The notes: generated by a model not told the origin, from the sequence alone. A stretch of 55,788 nt of DNA from Patescibacteria group bacterium (GCA_041666685.1 JBAYGJ010000002.1:1-55788); one strand, 5' to 3'. Positions 26,326 through 35,388 are shown, numbered from the stretch's first letter. Translations and numbers: made by a program.

Positions 26326-27165
26326 TTATACAGCGAATGAAGGTTCTGGCTGGGCGTTGGCAAGATCGTGGGCACGCTCATCTATGAATACCGGTATTGG
26401 TTGAACTGCAGATAATTCGCGTACAACACCGGACAGGGAAACCATATGTCCGTGCGCGATTGATTTGTGTAATTGGACCTGGTAGTGCGCGCCACTCGGC
26501 TGGATAATGCGGTAACCGTCGGTCTGATGGTGCTGCCGCTCAATCGCGAGAGCTGCAGCAATACTGCCGGAGGCACAGCCGGTTTCCCTGATAAGCGTGT
26601 TTGTAGCCTTGACCCAAATGTAGGGGTTGATGTGATATGTATTGCCTATAGCGCTGACACCGATAATCCCCATCGCGGCTAGATGACGATCTTGCTGTTG
26701 GTGGCGGTTTAAGAGGTCGCGTGCCATCACCAAGTCATGGGCATATGAAATGATGAGGTGCTGGATGCCCTGTAATTTTACTAAATATCCATGGCTGGTA
26801 TTTTCCTGACTGACAATAAAATCATTGCCAATTAACAGAGTGACATCATTCTTGTTTATCTCTACATGCACCATACCCGAAAAACCGGATACTTCCAGTG
26901 CGACCTTGGATCGGCCGTTTTGTCTAGCCCAGACATACGCGGCGCACCGCGCTGCATTGCCACAAAATTCTCCCCCCATCATTTCGAGTCCCGCGTCAGC
27001 GGAATGATGGCGCGGGGGCACCAGGAAGCCCACTTGTTCGATGGACGGGTTTTGGCTCATGATCATGTTGCCGACCGCTGCATAAGCGGTAGGTTTGACT
27101 GGGCGGGTGACAATCGCGGTTTCATTGCCTCCTGGCCATAGTTTTTCAAATGGGATTGGTATCAT
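26326..27165 (-). CDS. DapF-fold (diaminopimelate epimerase-like) PLP-independent racemase/epimerase
   Basis: GGNETAIV near the N-terminus, first catalytic-Cys motif GGEFCGNAARCAA (compare DapF CGNGARC) and second-half TGCASGSIAAA. The two-domain length fits. Confidence 0.6.
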   Translation of the reverse strand: MIPIPFEKLWPGGNETAIVTRPVKPTAYAAVGNMIMSQNPSIEQVGFLVPPRHHSADAGLEMMGGEFCGNAARCAAYVWARQNGRSKVALEVSGFSGMVHVEINKNDVTLLIGNDFIVSQENTSHGYLVKLQGIQHLIISYAHDLVMARDLLNRHQQQDRHLAAMGIIGVSAIGNTYHINPYIWVKATNTLIRETGCASGSIAAALAIERQHHQTDGYRIIQPSGAHYQVQLHKSIAHGHMVSLSGVVRELSAVQPIPVFIDERAHDLANAQPEPSFAV

Positions 27166-28718
27166 GTGATTTCAACGCAGGCATTAATTTTTTTATCCAA
27201 TCCAATGGACGTGGTAATGTCTTCTTTGGTCAGTTTAGTGAGTAGCAGATCTTGTTCGTTTTCCGGATATATGATCCGATACATCTCGGGCATCATAGGT
27301 GACAGTGCTTCCTCGAGTGTAATGGTATGCGATGTTTCTACTAATATCCTCCAAGTATCTGGGGTTCCACGAAGGATCAAATCAAGCCCTGTAGCTGGGG
27401 CCAGCGTACCGTCGTGTGTTTTGATAAAGGCAGTAATAAAATCCCCGCATAATTTATCGGTTATGGTGTCAGCGCTTATGGCCGCGCTTTCCTGGTCTCC
27501 AACCTCATTCAGCATTGATAGGTATGCTTTTTTAATTTGCGTCAGGTAATTCACCTGGTTGAACCCGCCCAACAGCTTCAGCCCGTAATAACAGGACAAA
27601 ACTAAGAAAACGAGAAGCGTGCTGGGGATGAGCTCGCGTTTGTTTATTGCGGTAGTGATCCCCCGAGGAGTCAGTTCGACGCGGAAGTGACCGTCTGACG
27701 TGATCAGATCGTCTCCCTCTTTCCATAATTGTTGTTTGTATTTCCTGTCAGGAGGCAGTGCCCAAAATAAGTATGTGCCGAGTTTTTGGGCTAGAGAGAA
27801 CCCGCCCATGATGGTGTCGAATTTTTCAATGAGGAGTTTTTGGTACATCGGGTCAAACAATATCCGGTGGATAACGGTATCAGAACTGATGTGATGTTGT
27901 ACGAGCAATTGCGTGACGAGCATTTCGGACTCCAGGTATATTACGGAGGGATACTGCATTGGTTGGGGGGAGAAAAATTTTTTCCATAAAGCATCGTTGG
28001 TTTTTGTAATCTGGTCGGAATACGTCGAACAGTTCATTACGTCAGGTGACTGATACACTTCTGATATCAATGATTTTAGTTGCCGGCCTTGGTGGGTGGT
28101 CAGGTGTTTTTCTGAAACCAGCCTGTCGATTTTATTGGGTATTAGCCGCATTTCTTTTTCGGAGAACCCGGGATAGTGGATGACAGAATGGGCGCGTATG
28201 CTGTCCGGGAAAAATGGCAATGGAATGGGGGTTTTTGGGGAAGTGCCAGCGCTCGTTATCAGCAGTCCTCTGGGGTAGGAGGAATTGTTGAAGGATATAT
28301 TGGCGCAGGCCAGTACAATGACATGTCGAAGTGATGGGTTGTTGCTGCCTGCCAGGGTAGCGGCAGTAATGAGGTTTGAACTTAAGAAAAATGGGTGGCA
28401 CAGAGGACCGTGGTGGTCAGCGGTGGAAATTGTATAATGTATTGATAATTGTTTCGCGGCGCTTTTGGCGATTTCTGGGCCGAGTCGTTTTTCTGTTTCC
28501 TGATGAAACGTTTCGATGAATTCGGCTTTTCTATTTGATCCTTTTGAATTTTCCGAAACAGCCTGGTATTGTGCGGCATATTCATATAGGCTTATCTTGC
28601 CGTAGCGAGATAGGATTTCGCCCAGGATTGGTCTATATGCGAAAATTTTTTCCTTCAGAGCCGCGAACTGCAGCGTGGTTTGGCTTTTGGCTGCTTGAGT
28701 ACTCATGGTTTTTTCCAT
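27162..28718 (-). CDS. conserved-looking hypothetical protein, 518 aa, function unknown
   Basis: Long uninterrupted ORF with no family motif I recognise (notable strings: TISTADHHGPLCHPFF, ACANISFNNSSYPRGLL). Its stop overlaps the start of the DapF-like gene (ATGA). Confidence 0.6.
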   Translation of the reverse strand: MEKTMSTQAAKSQTTLQFAALKEKIFAYRPILGEILSRYGKISLYEYAAQYQAVSENSKGSNRKAEFIETFHQETEKRLGPEIAKSAAKQLSIHYTISTADHHGPLCHPFFLSSNLITAATLAGSNNPSLRHVIVLACANISFNNSSYPRGLLITSAGTSPKTPIPLPFFPDSIRAHSVIHYPGFSEKEMRLIPNKIDRLVSEKHLTTHQGRQLKSLISEVYQSPDVMNCSTYSDQITKTNDALWKKFFSPQPMQYPSVIYLESEMLVTQLLVQHHISSDTVIHRILFDPMYQKLLIEKFDTIMGGFSLAQKLGTYLFWALPPDRKYKQQLWKEGDDLITSDGHFRVELTPRGITTAINKRELIPSTLLVFLVLSCYYGLKLLGGFNQVNYLTQIKKAYLSMLNEVGDQESAAISADTITDKLCGDFITAFIKTHDGTLAPATGLDLILRGTPDTWRILVETSHTITLEEALSPMMPEMYRIIYPENEQDLLLTKLTKEDITTSIGLDKKINACVEIT

Positions 28719-28742
28719 ATCAACTTATGTGTTCTGCGTTAG

Positions 28743-28768
28743 CAAAAAAACACAGTCTAATCTGTGTT
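28743..28768 (-). terminator. putative rho-independent terminator
   Basis: On the minus strand: AACACAG-attaga-CTGTGTT followed by a T-run. It lies between the Cache/HAMP gene and the 518-aa gene. Confidence 0.5.
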
Positions 28769-29075
28769 GGACTGCAATTTCAAAATAAAAATTGTGCTTG
28801 GGATGCAGTAGTCTTTTTCCGCATGACCTTACCGAGAATCATGTTTTGATTTCGGGGGGCTTTTCTGAGGGTATTGATTGTCTGGCTTACCGACGGACGT
28901 GAAGGGTCATCGGTTGCAGAATTGGTCATACATCAAAAATATAGGTTGACACCCATGGTACACCCATATCGGCGAATAGTCAATGCTGCTGTTTTTTAAA
29001 TTGGCGTTTTTCTCCAATAATAGCAAAAAAATCCCCCTAACGCCGGATACGTATACGGATTAGCAGTAGCGTATG

Positions 29076-30260
29076 CTAATCAGACCAGGGCGTGGCCGTT
29101 GGGGTATCGTCATGTTTTTTTGGCGCCTTTGCCGCTTTGAGTTTTTTGTCAATTTGTTCGAGGACTGAGGCCATTTGCCCGACTTCATTGTTAGGTAATG
29201 TATCTGAGGAAGATTCGTAATTACCGGATTCGATATGCTGGGCCATACGCAGCAACTCCTTCATGGTTCTGCTGATGCGGCCACTTAGAAAAAAAGCGAA
29301 TCCTGTTACGGCTCCCATGACCCCTAGCCCGGTGAGGGCGTATACCCAGCCCAGATTATCTACTGGTTCCGTTACTTCATTTTCCATCATTTCAACTAAA
29401 AAACACCATTGTTGGGATTTTACATAGCCATGACCGCCAATTATGACGTCTCCGCTTGGGCTCTTGTATCTGGCCTGCTCTTCGTTATGTGATTCGACGG
29501 CGTCTGAGTCCCCACCGTATTTTTTTATATCAGCCAAGCATGTCAGGGTATTCGGGTTACTTATTCGCTCAAGTAACGCCTGATTAGAGAATCGACCCGC
29601 AGTCAGGCGCTGGCCGTCTTTATTGATCAAGTATGATTCGCCGGTATTACCAAGGGCGGTAGGGTCAGTTACTATATCGGAAATTTTATTGAAACGGAAA
29701 CGACTGACTGCAACGCCAACAATTTTTGTATTATTTATGACAGGGACGGCGACATTAATATCCGCCTCGTTGGCGTTTGAGGAGTTGAGATATGCCGCTG
29801 AAATGTACGGGATGGATCGACCGTTGAGAAATTCTTGGGATTTTGACAGATCCCCGCCCAATGCAGTATTGAGAAATGATGAAGCTATGAGCGTGCCCTT
29901 CGAGTCCAAAAGATAAATTTCTATCAAGTTGTCGATTAGTGGAAATTTATTTTTTAGCAGATACATGGACAATTCATTTTTAACGCAGGGGCTGGTCGCG
30001 TGTCCATTTTCGGAAAGGCAGCCTGAAATAAATTCGTCGCTGGCGGTTAATTTTGTGAAGCTTTTTATTTCATCAAGGTAAGTTTCAATGTGTTCGGAGC
30101 GTTCGTTGATGATGGTGCCTAAATGTTCAGATTGGGAAATTTTTATATCAGCTCGCAGCGCGCCCATACTTATATATATAGCTGTACTAGTTACTATAGC
30201 TGCAAAAATACAAATTGGCAGAACAATGCGATATGTTAGATGTCCTGTGCGAATTTTCAT
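29076..30260 (-). CDS. membrane sensor with an extracytoplasmic Cache-like domain and HAMP, no output domain
   Basis: N-terminal TM helix, ~270-aa periplasmic region with a Cache-like pattern (..ESYLINKDGQRLT..), a second TM helix (VYALTGLGVMGAVTGFAFFL), a HAMP-like segment, then the ORF ends. Confidence 0.55.
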   Translation of the reverse strand: MKIRTGHLTYRIVLPICIFAAIVTSTAIYISMGALRADIKISQSEHLGTIINERSEHIETYLDEIKSFTKLTASDEFISGCLSENGHATSPCVKNELSMYLLKNKFPLIDNLIEIYLLDSKGTLIASSFLNTALGGDLSKSQEFLNGRSIPYISAAYLNSSNANEADINVAVPVINNTKIVGVAVSRFRFNKISDIVTDPTALGNTGESYLINKDGQRLTAGRFSNQALLERISNPNTLTCLADIKKYGGDSDAVESHNEEQARYKSPSGDVIIGGHGYVKSQQWCFLVEMMENEVTEPVDNLGWVYALTGLGVMGAVTGFAFFLSGRISRTMKELLRMAQHIESGNYESSSDTLPNNEVGQMASVLEQIDKKLKAAKAPKKHDDTPTATPWSD

Positions 30261-30275
30261 AATTACAGAAATTAT

Positions 30276-30420
30276 TGGTCGGGGTGCCCGGGACCCTTCG
30301 ACTTCGCTCAGGGCAGGCTTGTCACCGCCATCCTGTCATCTGACAGGATAGGTCCCGGCGGACCCCCCCGACGATACCGTCGGAAATGATTCCAGCCCTC
30401 CCCAGAGACTGGTCCGCTGA
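30276..30420 (-). repeat. tRNA-Pro 3'-end copy (with CCA) joined to a ~130-nt hairpin-rich insert
   Basis: 30276-30291 is 16/16 identical to 30449-30464, with a similar 3' flank. CCGGGACC (30288-30295) pairs with GGTCCCGG (30351-30358) around the motif cccttcgacttcgctcaggg (30294-30313) and the hairpin ATCCTGTCA/TGACAGGAT. Confidence 0.7.
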
Positions 30421-30448
30421 ATACAGTAATTAAACTATTAAATTTATT

Positions 30449-30525
30449 TGGTCGGGGTGCCCGGACTTGAACCGGGGACCTCTCGCTCCCAAAGCGAGCG
30501 TTCTAGCCAACTGAACTACACCCCG
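30449..30525 (-). tRNA. tRNA-Pro (anticodon TGG), CCA encoded
   Basis: Reverse complement: CGGGGTG-TA-GTTC-AGTTGGCTA-GAAC-G-CTCGC-TTTGGGA-GCGAG-AGGTC-CCCGG-TTCAAGT-CCGGG-CACCCCG-A-CCA. Confidence 0.9.
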
Positions 30526-30641
30526 TAGAAAATTGTGTATATTACAAAACCAGCGATTACTGCGTCACTGTAGCATGGGTTTTGTATTTTTTCAAGCAAT
30601 CCCTCGACCCCCAAGAAGTTGTTTATTTGGGGGAAGGGCGA

Positions 30642-31961
30642 TTATTGGAATATTTTATTATCCAATAATGTTGTTGCCAGCCGGTTGAACAAGGGCTCGG
30701 GGGAGCTTTGTACCTGATGCAAAAAAGTACGTTCCTCCTGCTTGTTCAAATTACGTCGGCCAATGACATATTCAATTGTCTGGTGAATATCGGCCTGATG
30801 GTGGGCAGGTGCGCTAGCAAAAAGGCGCATAACTTTATCCCTGTCATTGTCAGTGATATCTGGCGCCTGTTGTGCAAGCATGATGTTGATCAGCTCATCT
30901 GTGCTCAATCCGTCTAATGTATCAATTTCCGTTTTTTCTTCCTCAGTAACTCCTGCCCGGATTTCGTTCCAGACGTTTTCTGGGAGCCTTTTTTTGGGGA
31001 AGGCGAATTCCGTCCCGGGATGCAATTCTGGGGAGAAAACCTGTCGGTATAAAGGCGAATCCTGCCCACCGGTCAATCTGGTCAGTATTATGCCTGATTC
31101 CCGTTTCATTTTTTCGGCTCGTTGCTCGGCTTCCTGAGTAGATAGTGGGAAAATATTCCGCATCGGCATTTCGAGGTAATGGACGATATTTGTCCAGCTT
31201 TGTTTAGGATCCGTCCCGGCATTGAATTTGTCTTGCGGTAAGTTGTTAAATAGGGGAAATGACTTATCAAACGAGAGGCGTTCATCAGGGTACAGCGCCG
31301 CTCCCCGCTGTACGCCGTCTGTTACGACGTTCCTGACAAATTCCCGGCTCCCTAAAATTCCAGCCAGCCGATCAATTGATTGGACATGATGTGTAATCGG
31401 GTCACGTTCGTCATTGGCGCCTCCGTGGAACAGCGCTGCGCCAATCACCCGTCGGTTGAAAGCTTTTGACGCCTCAATCATTTCGGGATCCTGTTCAGAT
31501 CCGACTTTATATTTTCTGGCCATCAGTGCGCCAAGATATCCGCTCAATGCGGCATGCAGCTGGATCTGTCTTCCTTTTTTGAAATCCATGGCTCCGGATC
31601 GCTCTTGGCTCAATAATTCAGGGTATCTCCCTAAATCATGAAGCAGCGAAGCATAGAGAGTCAGGTATTGTTCGCTTTTTGAAATTTTTCCTGTTTGGGC
31701 CAAATATAAAAATTCCAGCATATCATATGATATGTGTGTCGTGTCATGTCCCAATGTTTCCCGGTGCTCTTTCGTGTCCCACATATTTAGCATTTCAGTA
31801 AGAGCGCCATCAAATTGCTCGGGATACTTTTCGATCAGTTGGGTCAGTTTCTGATCGCCAAAATGGATATCTTCCGGTTTTGGGAGCTGCCCTCCGAAGC
31901 GCTCCATTGTTTCGGGAGTTTTGTCTCCTAGTTGATCGTACCATTCAGGAGATTTTTCCAT
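30642..31961 (-). CDS. HD-domain protein (metal-dependent phosphohydrolase superfamily), function unknown
   Basis: LYASLLHDLGR (HD motif), with later histidines and aspartates. 439 aa with no other recognisable domain. Confidence 0.5.
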   Translation of the reverse strand: MEKSPEWYDQLGDKTPETMERFGGQLPKPEDIHFGDQKLTQLIEKYPEQFDGALTEMLNMWDTKEHRETLGHDTTHISYDMLEFLYLAQTGKISKSEQYLTLYASLLHDLGRYPELLSQERSGAMDFKKGRQIQLHAALSGYLGALMARKYKVGSEQDPEMIEASKAFNRRVIGAALFHGGANDERDPITHHVQSIDRLAGILGSREFVRNVVTDGVQRGAALYPDERLSFDKSFPLFNNLPQDKFNAGTDPKQSWTNIVHYLEMPMRNIFPLSTQEAEQRAEKMKRESGIILTRLTGGQDSPLYRQVFSPELHPGTEFAFPKKRLPENVWNEIRAGVTEEEKTEIDTLDGLSTDELINIMLAQQAPDITDNDRDKVMRLFASAPAHHQADIHQTIEYVIGRRNLNKQEERTFLHQVQSSPEPLFNRLATTLLDNKIFQ

Positions 31962-31968
31962 ACAGTTC

Positions 31969-32360
31969 TTATGTTATTGTTTTGCCATGGCGGTCACGAC
32001 GTTTTTCATTTGTTTTGTAGCCGTCATCCGATGACCAGAATAAGTACAGTTTTTTCTGAAACCCGCCCTTGTGGAGGAAATTTTTCTTTTGGGCCTGACG
32101 AATGTCTTGGGTTGATATTTTTTTAAGTTTTTTTATCTCGTCGATTACATCCAGTACATCGGCGATCTCATCAGCCAATTTAAAAAACGGTTCTTGGCTT
32201 TTTGCAACCCAGTCGCCTCTTCCTCAACTTTCTTAATAAGTTCTTTCTCGAATTCCTTTAGTTTGAGCTTCTTGAATTTGGCAGTAGCCCCAGCCGTTTT
32301 AATCCGTTCTGGAATTTTGTCGCGGACCAGCTTGTAGTAATATATCTTTTTCATTACCAA
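31969..32360 (-). pseudogene. MazG-like / phosphoribosyl-ATP pyrophosphohydrolase-like NTP pyrophosphatase, split by a frameshift
   Basis: ORF 32145..32360 carries YKLVRDKIPE..EEEA and ORF 31969..32178 carries ADEIADVLDVIDEI..RGGF-like KGGF. Together they make one typical ~120-aa protein. The frames switch near homopolymer runs at about 32180-32200. Confidence 0.6.
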
Positions 32361-32435
32361 TTGTAGTGGTTGTATCCACTCTATAATAACATGGCTAATT
32401 TATTCTTGGAATGGGATGGTGCCGAGGGCCAGGAT

Positions 32436-32930
32436 TTACTTCAATTTGTTTAGTTGAGTTTTATCCTGGCTGAATTTTACCTCTAAATCAGTAAATAATT
32501 CCAAAACTCCATCTTTAAGAAGCCCCCGAACAATTTGAACCGCAAAATTTGAATCCTGCGCAAGATCGTCAATGCGCACTTTTCGGGCCCGCATTAACCA
32601 GGGCAGATCCTCCCTTGTAGCTCCGAAATAAATATTTGGAATTTTGGCCTGAAAAATTGCCGCACCACACATGATGCAGGGTTCATGGGTTGAGTAAATT
32701 GTACAATCGCTTAAATTATGCGTCCGGAGTATTGTGCAGGCTTTCCGAAGTGCCTGCATTTCTGCGTGTGCAGTCGCGTCACCTTTTGCAATATTTTCTG
32801 CGTGGCCTTTTGCAATAACTTTGCCATTGCACGTTATTACTGCACCAAACGGAAAATCGCCAGCTAGCTTCGCTTTCTTAGCTTCCTGGATGGCAAGGCG
32901 CATGAACGTGTGGTGTAGATTTTCCCTCAT
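32436..32930 (-). CDS. CDA-fold nucleoside/tRNA-adenosine deaminase (TadA or guanine-deaminase type)
   Basis: HAEMQAL and HEPCIMCGAAI zinc-binding motifs. 164 aa. Confidence 0.75.
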   Translation of the reverse strand: MRENLHHTFMRLAIQEAKKAKLAGDFPFGAVITCNGKVIAKGHAENIAKGDATAHAEMQALRKACTILRTHNLSDCTIYSTHEPCIMCGAAIFQAKIPNIYFGATREDLPWLMRARKVRIDDLAQDSNFAVQIVRGLLKDGVLELFTDLEVKFSQDKTQLNKLK

Positions 32931-33019
32931 GCAGTAAGAGTTTGTATTAATGAAAAGCTACCAGATATGCTCAATGGGGCGTTGACAGCTCTTTAAGTCC
33001 GGAGTTTTCCGCACATCTT

Positions 33020-33057
33020 CCGAGGGCCACCTACGGTCGGACTGGCGACTCAAGGAT
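33020..33057 (-). repeat. tRNA-Phe 3'-half copy with a substituted T-loop
   Basis: ccgagggcca (33020-29), cggactggcgac (33038-49) and caaggat (33051-57) match 33084-93, 33098-109 and 33111-17. The T-loop gaat is replaced by cctacggt. Confidence 0.65.
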
Positions 33058-33081
33058 GAAAAGGGTAATTCTGCTCCCAAA

Positions 33082-33153
33082 TGCCGAGGGCCAGAATCGG
33101 ACTGGCGACGCAAGGATTTTCAGTCCTTCGCTCTACCACTGAGCTACCTCGGC
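33082..33153 (-). tRNA. tRNA-Phe (anticodon GAA), no encoded CCA
   Basis: Reverse complement: GCCGAGG-TA-GCTC-AGTGGTA-GAGC-G-AAGGA-CTGAAAA-TCCTT-GCGTC-GCCAG-TCCGATT-CTGGC-CCTCGGC-A. Confidence 0.9.
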
Positions 33154-33163
33154 ATGTGACCGT

Positions 33164-33261
33164 CCTCGGCATTTGGGAGTAATTAGCACCATTCGCTCTT
33201 CCGGGGCGCTTCTATGGGCGCGCCCGCTCTGCTTGTGCAGAGCCCACTTCGCTACCTCGGC
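33164..33261 (-). repeat. two upstream copies of the tRNA-Phe 5' acceptor strand separated by GC hairpins
   Basis: cctcggc (33164-70) plus atttgggag (33171-79) is the exact complement of the tRNA 3' strand plus trailer, giving a 16-bp alternative helix. gctacctcggc (33251-61) is 11/11 identical to 33143-53 and is followed on the minus strand by the hairpins GCTCTGCACAAGCAGAGC and GGGCGCGCCC. Confidence 0.65.
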
Positions 33262-33300
33262 GGATTCACCGGCATAAGCGAGTATTATGATACGTGTCCA

Positions 33301-33377
33301 TGGTGGGGACGAGAGGAGTTGAACCTCTGACCTTCACAATGTCAATGTGACGCTCTAACCAACTGAGCTACGTCCCC
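33301..33377 (-). tRNA. tRNA-Val (anticodon GAC), CCA encoded
   Basis: Reverse complement: GGGGACG-TA-GCTC-AGTTGGTTA-GAGC-G-TCACA-TTGACAT-TGTGA-AGGTC-AGAGG-TTCAACT-CCTCT-CGTCCCC-A-CCA. Confidence 0.9.
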
Positions 33378-33383
33378 GTGGTC

Positions 33384-33466
33384 TGGTGGGCGACCCAGGA
33401 GTTGCACCCTTCGACTTCGCCACCTCGATTTCACTCGGTGGCTTCGCTCAGGGTAGGCCTGGGACC
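33384..33466 (-). repeat. tRNA-Ile 3'-third copy (with full CCA) carrying a ~50-nt insert between the T-stem 5' strand and the T-loop
   Basis: 33385-33408 is 24/24 identical to 33518-33541, and cctgggacc (33458-66) equals 33540-48. The insert carries a split cccttcgacttcgc / cttcgctcaggg motif around the hairpin GCCACC..GGTGGC. Confidence 0.8.
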
Positions 33467-33519
33467 GCTCAAGTATCCAATAACAAATTTCTTCAGCATG
33501 AATGCTATTATTCCCTCGG

Positions 33520-33593
33520 TGGGCGACCCAGGAGTTGCACCTGGGACCTCGTCATTATCAGTGACGCGCTCTAACTACCTGAGCTAGTCGCCC
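33520..33593 (-). tRNA. tRNA-Ile (anticodon GAT); only CC of CCA encoded
   Basis: Reverse complement: GGGCGAC-TA-GCTC-AGGTAGTTA-GAGC-G-CGTCA-CTGATAA-TGACG-AGGTC-CCAGG-TGCAACT-CCTGG-GTCGCCC-A. Leader TTCCCTCAGT and trailer ACCGAGGGAA add 10 bp (one A/C mismatch) to the acceptor helix. Confidence 0.9.
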
Positions 33594-33623
33594 ACTGAGG
33601 GAACAAGTATGGCTACCTGCTTG

Positions 33624-33655
33624 CCCCGAGCGAAGTCGAGGGGAGCTAGTCGCCC
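33624..33655 (-). repeat. 13-nt tRNA-Ile 5' copy fused to the shared GC motif
   Basis: gagctagtcgccc (33643-55) is identical to 33581-93. The adjacent ccccgagcgaagtcgagggg (33624-43) is the shared motif in the orientation complementary to the copy inside the 3' fragment. Confidence 0.7.
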
Positions 33656-33756
33656 ATGCCTTTTTTCCAACAAAAAAACTACAACCTGATGGTACTATTG
33701 TAGTTTATCATACATAAAAAATCAAATGACTGGAGGGATGCTTATAAACCCCTTAG

Positions 33757-33787
33757 CAACCAGCAGGTGGTAAAGAATACGAATCAA
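33757..33787 (-). promoter_or_regulatory. 3' strand of the 16S rRNA processing stem
   Basis: caaccagcaggtggtaaagaatacgaatcaa is nearly perfectly complementary to 35389-35418 on the other side of the 16S gene. Confidence 0.7.
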
Positions 33788-33851
33788 CTCAATGATGTAT
33801 ATCTATACGTACGTCAGAGACGCACGAATATCGACAAATTGGTTACTCCTT

Positions 33852-35347
<1,496 letters not shown>

Positions 35348-35388
35348 TAGTTGGAGTTTTTAACTAGAAAAACTCCCAAAAAAAGGAA

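Noticed and set aside
30088-30351. 87-aa ORF ending ..GARDPSTSLRAGLSPPSCHLTG, and the similar ORFs 33378..33587 and 33386..33574
   Set aside because: They are translations of the tRNA-fragment/hairpin repeat elements and of tRNA genes. Their repeat-derived peptide strings are a typical source of spurious hypothetical proteins.
1478-33655. Possibility that the recurring tRNA-associated repeats form a CRISPR array
   Set aside because: There are no regularly spaced identical direct repeats with unique spacers. The repeats are tRNA pieces and heterogeneous hairpins scattered over separate loci, and no cas genes are in the window.
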